Assembly (NCBI RefSeq): GCF_024362765.1
Contig: NZ_CP093302.1
Coordinates: 2,331,564 to 2,355,563 of the forward strand
Direction of reading: 5' to 3'
Length of the DNA stretch: 24,000 nt
Source: Alkalihalobacillus sp. LMS6
GTDB taxonomy: Bacteria; Bacillota; Bacilli; Bacillales; Bacillaceae_D
Below the pieces are notes generated by a model that saw nothing but the letters and a program-made list of their open reading frames with translations, was not told the origin of the DNA and searched no databases. Positions 1 through 8,375 of this stretch are shown here, one piece after another. A program made the position numbers and the translations under genes. Within the stretch, counting starts at the first letter, position 1. Each line of letters begins with the position of its first letter.

Positions 1-1376
1 ATTGCTTCCGACATGGTCGGGTGCGGATGAATCATGTCTCCTAATTCAACATGCGCAGCATCTAAATATTTCGCTAGTGCCGCTTCACTTATTAAATCCG
101 TTGCATGAGAGCCAATAATGTGAACACCAAGAACATCTTTCGTTTTCTCATCAGAAATCACTTTAACAAACCCTTCTTCTTCTCCTTGAACGAGCGCTTT
201 GCCGACTGCCGCAAATGGAAATGTTCCCACTTTAATTTGATAGCCTTGCTCTTTCGCATCACGCTCTGTCAATCCAACTTGAGCAGATTCGGGAAAGCTA
301 TAAATACAAGAAGGTACCATTGTTGGATTTAACGGTTCAACTGGCTCACGTGTCATATGAGCAACAGCAATGAGTCCTTCATGAGTAGCCACATGGGCAA
401 GTTGAAGCCCCCCAACACAGTCTCCAATCGCATAGATGTGGGATTCTTTCGTTTGACCGTATTCATTCACCTTTATGTAACCGCTTTCCAAAACAATGTC
501 TGTGTTCTCTAAGCCAATGTTTTTTACATTTGCTGATCGACCAATCGATACCATCATTTTGTCAACAGGAATCGATAAGGTTTCGTCTTGACACGAAACC
601 GAAACGGTCACGGAATGATCCTCTATTTTCAAGTCCGCTTCATTAAGCGTTGCTCGTGTATAGATGGTTACACCTCGATTTTGGAGCTGTTTCATCATTT
701 CCTTGGAAATATCTTTGTCAGCAGTTGGAAGAATTCGATCACCAGCTTCCACAATTGTTACTTCGACACCAAAATCAATGAGCATTGATGCCCACTCAAC
801 GCCAATCACACCTCCGCCAACTATGACGATCGATGAAGGCAACGCTTCAAAGTTTAACGCCTCTTCTGAACTGATTATTGATGATCCGTTAAATGATGTT
901 TGTGGTAAAGTTCTTGGAGAAGAGCCTGTTGCCAAAATAACGTTGGAGCCAATTAACATTTCATTTTCTCCGTCACCTAAGTCTACCGACACAGTGCCAG
1001 GTGTTGGCGAGAAAATGGATGGCCCTAGCAGCGTACCTCTTCCTTCGTATACATCAATTTTTCCTTTTTTCATTAATCCCTTTACACCCGTCGCTAAACG
1101 GTCAACAATGCTTTGCTTTCGTTCTTGAACTTTAGTGAAATCTAGCTCGGCCTTTCCAACCGTCACGCCAAATGAAGCAGCTTCCTTCGCTAAACGAAAA
1201 ACCTCTGCACTTCTAAGCAACGCTTTACTAGGGATACACCCTTTATGAAGGCATGTGCCTCCTAACAATTGTTCCTCAACAAGTGCTGTTTTTAACCCTG
1301 ATTGTGAGGCGCGGATGGCGGCTGCATAACCGCCTGTTCCGCCTCCCACGATCACGAGATCATAATTCTCTGCCAT
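1..1376 (-). CDS. lpdV: Dihydrolipoyl dehydrogenase (E3 of branched-chain 2-oxoacid dehydrogenase), 3' end truncated by window edge
   Basis: Reverse strand from ATG at 1376 reads MAENYDLVIVGGGTGGYAAAIRAS...LLGGTCLHKGCIPSKALLRSAEV...VIVGGGVIGVEWASM...YAIGDCVGGLQLAHVA...HPHPTMSEA, giving the FAD/NAD motifs, redox CxxxxC and the C-terminal HxHPT motif. It lies just downstream of bcd. Confidence 0.93.
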   Translation of the reverse strand, partial: MAENYDLVIVGGGTGGYAAAIRASQSGLKTALVEEQLLGGTCLHKGCIPSKALLRSAEVFRLAKEAASFGVTVGKAELDFTKVQERKQSIVDRLATGVKGLMKKGKIDVYEGRGTLLGPSIFSPTPGTVSVDLGDGENEMLIGSNVILATGSSPRTLPQTSFNGSSIISSEEALNFEALPSSIVIVGGGVIGVEWASMLIDFGVEVTIVEAGDRILPTADKDISKEMMKQLQNRGVTIYTRATLNEADLKIEDHSVTVSVSCQDETLSIPVDKMMVSIGRSANVKNIGLENTDIVLESGYIKVNEYGQTKESHIYAIGDCVGGLQLAHVATHEGLIAVAHMTREPVEPLNPTMVPSCIYSFPESAQVGLTERDAKEQGYQIKVGTFPFAAVGKALVQGEEEGFVKVISDEKTKDVLGVHIIGSHATDLISEAALAKYLDAAHVELGDMIHPHPTMSEA

Positions 1377-1391
1377 GGTTGTTTGCCTCCA

Positions 1392-2489
1392 TTATTTTTT
1401 ACGTGAAAGAATATGGTGTTCATTTTGTAAAAACGTGCCTCTTGCATAACGCATACGTTCAATTCGTTCCTCAGCCATCTTATCAGCTGCTTGAGACGTT
1501 GGGATTTGTTTCGCTTTAGCAATTTCAAATACACGAGAGACATTGTCGTAAATGCCTTCTACTTTTTTAAATGCACGATCACGATTGTATCCATTTAATT
1601 CGTCGGCAACATTGATGACGCCTCCAGCATTAATCACGTAATCTGGCGCGTACGCAATGCCCATTTCTTGAAGAAGGTGGCCGTGACGCTCTTCTTTTAA
1701 CTGGTTGTTTGCGGCTCCAGCAATTACTTTTGCTGTTAATTTCGAAAGCGTTTCATCATTAATGACGCCTCCTAAAGCACACGGTGCAAAAATGTCGCAA
1801 TCTTGCTCGTAAATATCATCAGGATCAACTGCTTTAGCACCAAACTCTGCGACAGCTTTTTCAACGGATGGTTTATAGATGTCTGTCACAATTAATTGCG
1901 CGCCTTCTTCGTGTAAATACTTACATAAATTATACGATACATTTCCAACACCTTGAACAGCAATTGTTTTACCCGCTAAGTCTTCCGTACCTAGTCCTGC
2001 TTTAGCCGCGGCTTTCATTCCGACATACACACCATAAGCAGTCACAGGCGAAGGGTTTCCTGAAGCACCAAAAGCAGGTGAAATCCCTGTAACATAATCG
2101 GTTTCATCATGAATTGTGTCCATATCTTCAACGGTCGTACCGACATCTTCTGCCGTAATATAGCGGCCATTCAAGCCTTGTATGTAGCGTCCGAACGCTC
2201 GAAACATTTCTGGATTTTTATCTGTTCGTGCATCACCAATAATTACGGCTTTTCCGCCACCTAGATTTAATCCTGCGGCAGCATTTTTATACGTCATCCC
2301 TCTTGAAAGACGTAAAACATCCTCAAAAGCTTCTTCTTCAGTTTTATAATTCCACATTCTTGTGCCTCCAAGTGCTGGCCCAAGCGTCGTATCATGAATG
2401 GCAATAATCGCTTTTAATCCTGACGTTTGATCTTGGCAAATCACAAGTTGTTCATAATCTTTTTCCTGCATCTTTGTAAATAAGTTCAT
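1392..2489 (-). CDS. bcd: Leucine dehydrogenase (Glu/Leu/Phe/Val dehydrogenase family)
   Basis: Contains [25 protein letters not shown] and [15 protein letters not shown]. The track start at 2564 is too long; ATG at 2489 ([16 protein letters not shown]) follows a GGGGGAT Shine-Dalgarno. Confidence 0.95.
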   Translation of the reverse strand: MNLFTKMQEKDYEQLVICQDQTSGLKAIIAIHDTTLGPALGGTRMWNYKTEEEAFEDVLRLSRGMTYKNAAAGLNLGGGKAVIIGDARTDKNPEMFRAFGRYIQGLNGRYITAEDVGTTVEDMDTIHDETDYVTGISPAFGASGNPSPVTAYGVYVGMKAAAKAGLGTEDLAGKTIAVQGVGNVSYNLCKYLHEEGAQLIVTDIYKPSVEKAVAEFGAKAVDPDDIYEQDCDIFAPCALGGVINDETLSKLTAKVIAGAANNQLKEERHGHLLQEMGIAYAPDYVINAGGVINVADELNGYNRDRAFKKVEGIYDNVSRVFEIAKAKQIPTSQAADKMAEERIERMRYARGTFLQNEHHILSRKK

Positions 2490-2546
2490 TTTAAATCCCC
2501 CTATAAGAATTCTAGCTAGTCTTAGACATGGTTTCTTTCTCTTTTC

Positions 2547-2564
2547 ATGCAAAAACAATGCCAA
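2547..2564 (-). promoter_or_regulatory. Sigma-54 (SigL) -24/-12 promoter for the bcd-lpdV(-bkd) transcript
   Basis: Reverse strand reads TTGGCATTGTTTTTGCAT. This matches YTGGCAC-N5-TTGCW with exactly 10 nt between GG and GC, and lies between a sigma-54 activator gene and bcd. Confidence 0.85.
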
Positions 2565-2603
2565 CTATTAATCTTAAGGAATAAGGTTTTCCACACCTTC
2601 ATT

Positions 2604-2643
2604 GTGCAAATTCTTGCACTCCCCTGAAAAATATTGCATGCAA
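2604..2643. promoter_or_regulatory. Candidate BkdR upstream activating sites (two palindromes)
   Basis: GTGCAA-attc-TTGCAC at 2604..2619 and the perfect 10-mer TTGCATGCAA at 2634..2643, centred about 47 and 75 bp upstream of the -24 element. Confidence 0.45.
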
Positions 2644-2645
2644 CA

Positions 2646-4619
2646 TCATTCAATCTTATGTTTTTCTAATTTATAATATAATGAGCGAACAGAAATGCCA
2701 AGCCGCTTTGCCGCTTCCGTTTTTACATAATCAACTCGTTCTAACGTTTGTAAAAGAAATGAGCGCTCTTTTTCTGCCAAAAAATGGTCAAGCGTCTCGG
2801 CTTCTACATTCGACTGTAGTCCCTGCTCAATCTCATCTTGCGACTCATTCGGCTCTGTAAGCGCGACTGTTTCAATTTCAGTTTCACCTAAGTTTTTGTA
2901 AATCATTTCACGCGCTAATACATTTTCAAGTTCACGAATGTTCCCAGGCCATGGATAGTGTTGCAATTGGTTGAGCGCTTCATGGCTAATTCTTCTTATA
3001 TTACGACCGTAATCTTCGTTAATTTTCTCTATTAAGCTTAACGATATGGTTGGAATATCCTCTGAGCGCTCTCGTAGAGGCGGAATATAAATAGGTAATG
3101 TATTTAAGCGGTAGTATAAATCTTCTCGAAATTGCTTTGTAGATAATAAAACTTGTAAATTTACATTTGTCGCCGCTATTACCCGAGCTTTTATTTTTAC
3201 TGGCTTTGTTCCTCCAACTCGTACCACTTCATTTTCTTGCAACACGCGTAAGAGCTTTGCTTGGGTTTGAAGAGACATTTCTCCGACTTCATCAAGGAAA
3301 ATGCTGCCTTCACCAGCTTCTTCAAACAACCCTTTTTTTCCTGTTCTTAATGCGCCAGAGAAAGCACCTTGTTCATAGCCAAATAACTCGCTTTCCAGTA
3401 AGGACTCCGTTAAAGCCGCGCAATTTACACGGACAAACGGTTTATCCCTTCGTTTACTTTCATGATGAATCGCATGTGCAAACAATTCTTTTCCGGTACC
3501 AGTTTCACCTAGAAGTAAAATAGGCAAGGCTGTATTAGCTCCTAATTTCGCTTGTGCAATCGCGTGCTGAATGCCGCTTGATTGACCGAGTATATCTTGA
3601 AAAGAATATCGTGCTTCTAGACTCGCGATTTTTTTCTTTGCTTGCTTTAGTTCACCCATGAGCAGATTTAACTCTGATACATCGTGAATAATACCGATGC
3701 TACCTTTTAACTTTTTATCTACAACTACAGGTGCCACATTTACGATTACATCCCGTTTATTCGGTCCTAATTTCAAACGAGCACCTCGCACTGGCCTTTG
3801 GGTTTGTAACACTTGCATATGGATACTTTCACCTTCAGAGATGTCCGTTGTTGCAGGCTTCCCAATTACTTGATCTTCCGTTAAACCTGTTATTTTTTTG
3901 TAAGCAGGATTTATTAACAAACCTACGCCATATTCATCAACCACAGAAATGGCATCATTTGAAGAGTTTATGATCGCTTCAAGCATTTCTCTCATCCGGT
4001 TTAAATCTGTTATTTGCTCAGCCATTTGTTTTGCTTCTGTGACATCTTTAAAGACAGCAATTGCACCAGTAATGAGTCCATTTGCGTGCAAAGGTATACG
4101 GGTCGTGACAATTTTAGTACCATTCATAAAGGTCTGCAGTTGATTGTGTTCGGCTTGCCCGGTTTCAATCACTCTTGGCAAACCGCTATTTGGTAATAAC
4201 GTTTGGATTTGCATCCCCATACTTTCTTGTTGTTGAACATCTGCCATCTTAGCAGCAGAGTCATTAAGATACAGTACAGTATTGTCTGTCCGAACGATAA
4301 GAACCCCATCATCAATGGAATCAATGGCTTTATGCATAAAAGTTTGTTTATCAAGCTCATTACTAATGACAGACCATGCGTCCTCATACGTCATAATGAG
4401 CTGATTCGATTGATGCGAGTTACTTGCCTGCAAGACCGTGTCATAATGATGAGTTTGAGGAATTGTATCAATTAAAGCAATCTGATGGTCCAGAGCTAAC
4501 GATTGCGTTTCCTGGTTTTCAGAACAAATGGCAGATACTGAAAACATGGGCATATGAATTAAACATCTTAATAAGGCAAATGCATCAGGACCGTCATCAA
4601 TAAACAGGATTTTTTCCAT
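2646..4619 (-). CDS. bkdR: Sigma-54-dependent transcriptional activator with PAS domains, AAA+ domain and Fis-type HTH (BkdR-like)
   Basis: Walker [91 protein letters not shown], and PAS-like N-terminal segments. Confidence 0.93.
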   Translation of the reverse strand: MEKILFIDDGPDAFALLRCLIHMPMFSVSAICSENQETQSLALDHQIALIDTIPQTHHYDTVLQASNSHQSNQLIMTYEDAWSVISNELDKQTFMHKAIDSIDDGVLIVRTDNTVLYLNDSAAKMADVQQQESMGMQIQTLLPNSGLPRVIETGQAEHNQLQTFMNGTKIVTTRIPLHANGLITGAIAVFKDVTEAKQMAEQITDLNRMREMLEAIINSSNDAISVVDEYGVGLLINPAYKKITGLTEDQVIGKPATTDISEGESIHMQVLQTQRPVRGARLKLGPNKRDVIVNVAPVVVDKKLKGSIGIIHDVSELNLLMGELKQAKKKIASLEARYSFQDILGQSSGIQHAIAQAKLGANTALPILLLGETGTGKELFAHAIHHESKRRDKPFVRVNCAALTESLLESELFGYEQGAFSGALRTGKKGLFEEAGEGSIFLDEVGEMSLQTQAKLLRVLQENEVVRVGGTKPVKIKARVIAATNVNLQVLLSTKQFREDLYYRLNTLPIYIPPLRERSEDIPTISLSLIEKINEDYGRNIRRISHEALNQLQHYPWPGNIRELENVLAREMIYKNLGETEIETVALTEPNESQDEIEQGLQSNVEAETLDHFLAEKERSFLLQTLERVDYVKTEAAKRLGISVRSLYYKLEKHKIE

Positions 4620-4710
4620 CTCGCACCTCTAAATTTTTAGTAGTTGGTCATAAATGCTGCTGCCATTCTTTTTAGTATCGTACAATTAACAAGCTTATGC
4701 AAGATTAAAC

Positions 4711-4740
4711 TTGTCCAGAAAGGTTTTTTTAGTCTACAAT
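4711..4740 (+). promoter_or_regulatory. Putative sigma-A promoter for the DUF2627 gene
   Basis: TTGTCC - 18 nt - TACAAT, about 34 nt before the ATG at 4774. Confidence 0.45.
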
Positions 4741-4773
4741 AGATGTGGAGTATGTTCAAGAAAGGACTGTTCT

Positions 4774-5022
4774 ATGGGCAGAATAATTGCTTTATTCATT
4801 GTACTTATCCCGATTGTTGGTGCTGGCTACGGTATTAAATTAATGCGAGACGCATTCTTTCTCGTTGAGCTTTTTCCTTACCCTACTTTATGGGTTCAAT
4901 TTATCGCTGGTCTTCTTTTCTTTCTTATTGGATTAGGATTAATGGCAGGATTTATATTCCATAGAGATAAAAAACGAGGCAAAGTTTCTGAAACCTTTTT
5001 AAAAAATGATCAACAGCTATAG
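4774..5022 (+). CDS. yqzF: DUF2627 family small membrane protein (YqzF-like)
   Basis: MGRIIALFIVLIPIVGAGYGIKLMRDAFF...GLMAGFIFHRDKKRGKV. AAAGGA SD before ATG 4774. Located next to bkdR, as in Bacillus. Confidence 0.8.
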   Translation: MGRIIALFIVLIPIVGAGYGIKLMRDAFFLVELFPYPTLWVQFIAGLLFFLIGLGLMAGFIFHRDKKRGKVSETFLKNDQQL

Positions 5023-5042
5023 AGTTAAAGCTCTACAGCTGT
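5013..5042 (+). terminator. Rho-independent terminator downstream of the DUF2627 gene
   Basis: ACAGCT-a-TAGAG-ttaaag-CTCTA-c-AGCTGT followed by TTTTTATTTT. Confidence 0.7.
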
Positions 5043-5044
5043 TT

Positions 5045-5797
5045 TTATTTTGCGATATCGGTTTGCTTAAGCCACTTTCCGATCGCTATCTTCATAAGTG
5101 GCCAAAAGATAAAAACGGTTAATCCGGCTAGTCCTAAAATAAGAAACATGATTTGCACAGGTTCTTCAGGAACCGCTACAGCCCAGAAAGCGATAATTGC
5201 GCCAAGTACAAAGGAACCATTAAACCCATAGCTTGCTTGATCTTCTACTTCAAGCACGATGGCAATATAAATGATTGTCAATAAGTAAAGCACATCAATA
5301 AAGGTTGGGGTCACAATAAAAAAACAACCAATAACCGCTAAAACAATGAAATACATCATTAAGCGATACGGGACTTTATTTGCAAAGTAAGCCGAAATAG
5401 GAAACACTAGAAAAAGCAAACTAACAATGAAAAATGACTTCCCCTCACCTGAAGCTAACAAATAGGAAAAAAAACCTAGTGCGAGCAAATAACTAACGAT
5501 TACGCCATTTTTTAAGATGGCTTGTTTAACCGTTTTTAAGTAAAACTTTTTTTGACTGACATCAAGATAAAAGCCTAACGCCCAAGAGACCATCATGTAG
5601 CCCATTGCGATATAAGAAAAGAAAAAATGTCGGCCGACTAACAAAGAACTTAACGCAAGATACGCGTATAGAATAAATGCCCCTAAACTAAACGGGACTG
5701 CATAAGGCTTTTTATGTTCATGCCAGCGCATATCATGAAAGCCATACATCAGAGCTACCGCAATAATTGGCAGCGATAAAAATAAAACAGGAATCAT
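5045..5797 (-). CDS. Uncharacterised multi-pass integral membrane protein
   Basis: Intact 250-codon ORF, almost entirely hydrophobic segments (MIPVLFLSLPIIAVALMYGF...YIAMGYMMVSWALGFYLD...), located between spo0A and the bkd cluster. I recognised no family motif. Confidence 0.75.
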   Translation of the reverse strand: MIPVLFLSLPIIAVALMYGFHDMRWHEHKKPYAVPFSLGAFILYAYLALSSLLVGRHFFFSYIAMGYMMVSWALGFYLDVSQKKFYLKTVKQAILKNGVIVSYLLALGFFSYLLASGEGKSFFIVSLLFLVFPISAYFANKVPYRLMMYFIVLAVIGCFFIVTPTFIDVLYLLTIIYIAIVLEVEDQASYGFNGSFVLGAIIAFWAVAVPEEPVQIMFLILGLAGLTVFIFWPLMKIAIGKWLKQTDIAK

Positions 5798-5897
5798 CGT
5801 TTCATCACCAACATCTTTTATTGTTTATCCACGTTTAAACGCTAAAGATTGAAAAGGGTCATCTTTAGTATGAGATAAACAATCAAATCCATTCAAA

Positions 5898-5933
5898 AAA
5901 AGAGTAAACATGCTTCACCATGTTTACTCTTTT
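5898..5933 (-). terminator. Strong, potentially bidirectional terminator after spo0A
   Basis: Perfect 15-bp arms AAAAGAGTAAACATG / CATGTTTACTCTTTT with a 6-nt loop (cttcac), 4 bp past the spo0A stop and flanked by A and T runs. Confidence 0.9.
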
Positions 5934-5937
5934 CTAC

Positions 5938-6729
5938 TTAACTTACTTTATGCTCAATGCGTAGCTTATCCGCAACCATTGCAATAAATTCTGAATTGGT
6001 CGGCTTTGCTTTTGAATGACTGACTGTATAACCAAATAAGTTCGAGATGGAATCAATATTCCCTCTGCTCCATGCCACTTCAATCGCATGACGAATTGCT
6101 CGTTCAACGCGACTTGCCGTAGTGTTGAATTTCTTCGCAATATCTGGATACAGTACTTTTGTGATGGAACCTAACAATTCAATGTCTTTGTAAACCATTG
6201 TAATCGCTTCTCTTAAGTACATATAACCTTTAATATGCGCTGGGACACCAATTTCATGAATAATGCTTGTAATGCTCGCATCAAGATTAATTTGTTTTCC
6301 TTCTTTTCTTGGTACTGATGCAAAAGACATTGACGTCGTTTTCGGTACACGAACTTGTTGATTGCCAGCAATTTCTCGAATTTTAGACATGAGCGCTTCC
6401 ATATCAAACGGTTTCAAGACATAGTAAGCGGCACCAAAATCAACTGCTCGCTTCGTTACATCCTCTTGACCGAAAGCTGTTAACATCACAATTTGCGGGC
6501 GATTACTTTTTTGACTTAAACGTTCTAACACAGCTAATCCGTCTAAATGCGGCATAATAATATCTAATAGCAGCACATCTGGCTCTTTTTCTTCAACTAA
6601 ACTTAAACATTCTTGTCCATTAAAAGCGGTTCCGACTACTTCCATATCCGGTTGCGCACCTACGTATTCACTCAATAAATGCACTAATTCTCTGTTATCA
6701 TCAGCGATACAAACGTTAATTTGACTCAT
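5938..6729 (-). CDS. spo0A: Stage 0 sporulation protein A, response regulator
   Basis: [19 protein letters not shown]...[19 protein letters not shown]...[26 protein letters not shown]...[22 protein letters not shown]. Start ATG 6729 follows GGGGGAAAACATA; the 6783 start is upstream over-extension. Confidence 0.98.
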   Translation of the reverse strand: MSQINVCIADDNRELVHLLSEYVGAQPDMEVVGTAFNGQECLSLVEEKEPDVLLLDIIMPHLDGLAVLERLSQKSNRPQIVMLTAFGQEDVTKRAVDFGAAYYVLKPFDMEALMSKIREIAGNQQVRVPKTTSMSFASVPRKEGKQINLDASITSIIHEIGVPAHIKGYMYLREAITMVYKDIELLGSITKVLYPDIAKKFNTTASRVERAIRHAIEVAWSRGNIDSISNLFGYTVSHSKAKPTNSEFIAMVADKLRIEHKVS

Positions 6730-6856
6730 TATGTTTTCCCCCAGTTCCTTTTGTTGTATGTAACCGATTCGACAAAGATGCAAACAATCCTTTTAAATAA
6801 TTCATTTAGAATTTAATTATAGCAAATCCTACTTTTTTCTAGTGTTTCTTATGGTT

Positions 6857-6863
6857 TTCGACA
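6857..6863 (-). promoter_or_regulatory. 0A box upstream of spo0A
   Basis: Reverse strand reads TGTCGAA (context AAGTTGTCGAAAACC), about 130 nt upstream of the spo0A start. Confidence 0.6.
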
Positions 6864-6946
6864 ACTTTTCTATGTCACTTTTCTTTAATATACCATATCG
6901 CAATGAAGGATGTGGCGATTCTTGAAAGACTTTTATGTAAAAAAAA

Positions 6947-6981
6947 TCAAGCAAAGCTGAGATTAACTCGCTTTAGCTTGA
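6947..6981 (-). terminator. Terminator of spoIVB (overlaps its stop codon)
   Basis: Reverse strand reads TCAAGC-t-AAAGC...GCTTT-GCTTGA followed by an uninterrupted run of Ts. Confidence 0.8.
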
Positions 6982-8258
6982 TGTTTAATTAAACCTGTAT
7001 GGATTCCTGATTCTTCAAGCATCCAGCTTATGTGACATCCATATCCAGATGTTGGATCGTTCACAAACACATGGGTAACAGCCCCGACAATCTTGTCTCC
7101 TTGAATAATTGGACTTCCACTCATCCCTTGAACAATTCCACCTGTTTTATCAAGCAACCGTTCATCCGTCACTTTTATTACCATCCCTTTTGTTGCAGGA
7201 CGATCTTGAGGCGTATTAGATACAATTTCAATATCAAACTGCTCTACTTCTTCTCCATCTACAACTGTAAGAATTTTAGCAGGACCTTTTTTAACCTCTG
7301 CTGATGTTGAAATAGGCATTGGTTGATCAAATGCTTTGTTTTTCAATTCGATTTTGTCGTTTAGTGTGCCGTATATGCCCAATGAACTGTTTTTATTAAT
7401 GGTGCCTAATATTTCACGGTCTTTCGATATACTCGCAAGCTTCTCACCAGGTTCCCCGTTCAATCCTCTAGAAATGGAGGTCACAGATGAGCGCAATAAC
7501 TGTCCATTTAATACCGATACAGGTTTTTTTGTATCAATATCAGAAATCACGTGGCCTAAAGCACCATAACGCTTACTCCCAGGATCATAAAATGTCATTG
7601 TCCCAACGCCAGCTGCAGAATCTCGAATATATAAACCTAGTCGGTATAAATGATCCCCTTTTGCCTTTTCCGGCGTTAAAACCGTTGTAATTTCTTTTTC
7701 GCCACGCAACACTTTTACTTTTAAATTTTCATTTTCTTCTCCAGCAAGCTGCACAAGCCGCGAAACTTCACTCATGGTATGCATTTTCTCCCCATTTATA
7801 TCTGTGATCATATCACCAACTTCAATGCCTGCAAATTCGCCTGGAGATTTCTGGCCTGCTTTAGTATCAATTTTATGATGGCCGACTACTAATACACCTT
7901 CAGTATTAAGCTTTACGCCAATGGATTGACCACCAGGAACAACTTTTATCTCCGGTAAAACGGAGACATCAATCTTCTTCGTTGGCCAGTTTCCATGCTG
8001 GACTGTAACGTTCGTTTTCCCCGTTTTGATGCCTTGAAAAATGGTTTGGCTCTCTACTTGATCCATCTGCACATGTGAAGAATCATCGATCACGAAGCCA
8101 CTTGCTTCTATAACCTCTTCACTTCCTTCAAATAAAACCATTGATGTAGGAATTTCAATAAATTGTTTGAATTGCTGATTAAATCCTAAAAAAAGTAGAC
8201 AAACTACAAACAAGACCCCAATCACATACCGTACACCCTCTTTTTTCAACCTTTTCAC
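6963..8258 (-). CDS. spoIVB: SpoIVB serine peptidase (PDZ plus S55 domain)
   Basis: N-terminal TM, PDZ-like [20 protein letters not shown], and [36 protein letters not shown] start at 8258. Located upstream of spo0A. Confidence 0.96.
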   Translation of the reverse strand: MKRLKKEGVRYVIGVLFVVCLLFLGFNQQFKQFIEIPTSMVLFEGSEEVIEASGFVIDDSSHVQMDQVESQTIFQGIKTGKTNVTVQHGNWPTKKIDVSVLPEIKVVPGGQSIGVKLNTEGVLVVGHHKIDTKAGQKSPGEFAGIEVGDMITDINGEKMHTMSEVSRLVQLAGEENENLKVKVLRGEKEITTVLTPEKAKGDHLYRLGLYIRDSAAGVGTMTFYDPGSKRYGALGHVISDIDTKKPVSVLNGQLLRSSVTSISRGLNGEPGEKLASISKDREILGTINKNSSLGIYGTLNDKIELKNKAFDQPMPISTSAEVKKGPAKILTVVDGEEVEQFDIEIVSNTPQDRPATKGMVIKVTDERLLDKTGGIVQGMSGSPIIQGDKIVGAVTHVFVNDPTSGYGCHISWMLEESGIHTGLIKHQAKAS

Positions 8259-8298
8259 TCCTCACTCCCAACCTACACCTCCATGCTGGCTGTACTAT

Positions 8299-8328
8299 TA
8301 ATGTTGCCTTGAGTAGACGGAAATATAA
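8299..8328 (-). promoter_or_regulatory. Putative sigma-F/sigma-G type promoter for spoIVB
   Basis: Reverse strand reads TTATA - 15 nt - GGCAACATTA, compared with GYATA - 15 - GGnnAnAnTN, about 40 nt before the start codon. Confidence 0.45.
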
Positions 8329-8347
8329 CTGTAAATAAAAGAAAAAA

Positions 8348-8366
8348 GCAACCTAATCAAGGTCGC
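8348..8366 (-). terminator. Terminator of recN
   Basis: Reverse strand reads AAAAAGCGACCT-tgatt-AGGTTGCTTTTTT, a 7-bp stem flanked by A and T tracts, 9 nt after the recN stop. Confidence 0.85.
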
Positions 8367-8375
8367 TTTTTCCAA

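Noticed and set aside
588-1128. Plus-strand ORFs at 588..788 and 664..1128
   Set aside because: Antisense to the clearly coding lpdV frame, with low-complexity translations, no SD and no family resemblance. The other plus-strand ORFs opposite minus genes (for example 3167, 3731, 7032, 9627, 11242, 12101, 17603, 22128 region) fail for the same reason.
5943-6407. Minus-strand ORFs 5943..6140 and 6213..6407
   Set aside because: Out-of-frame shadows inside spo0A.
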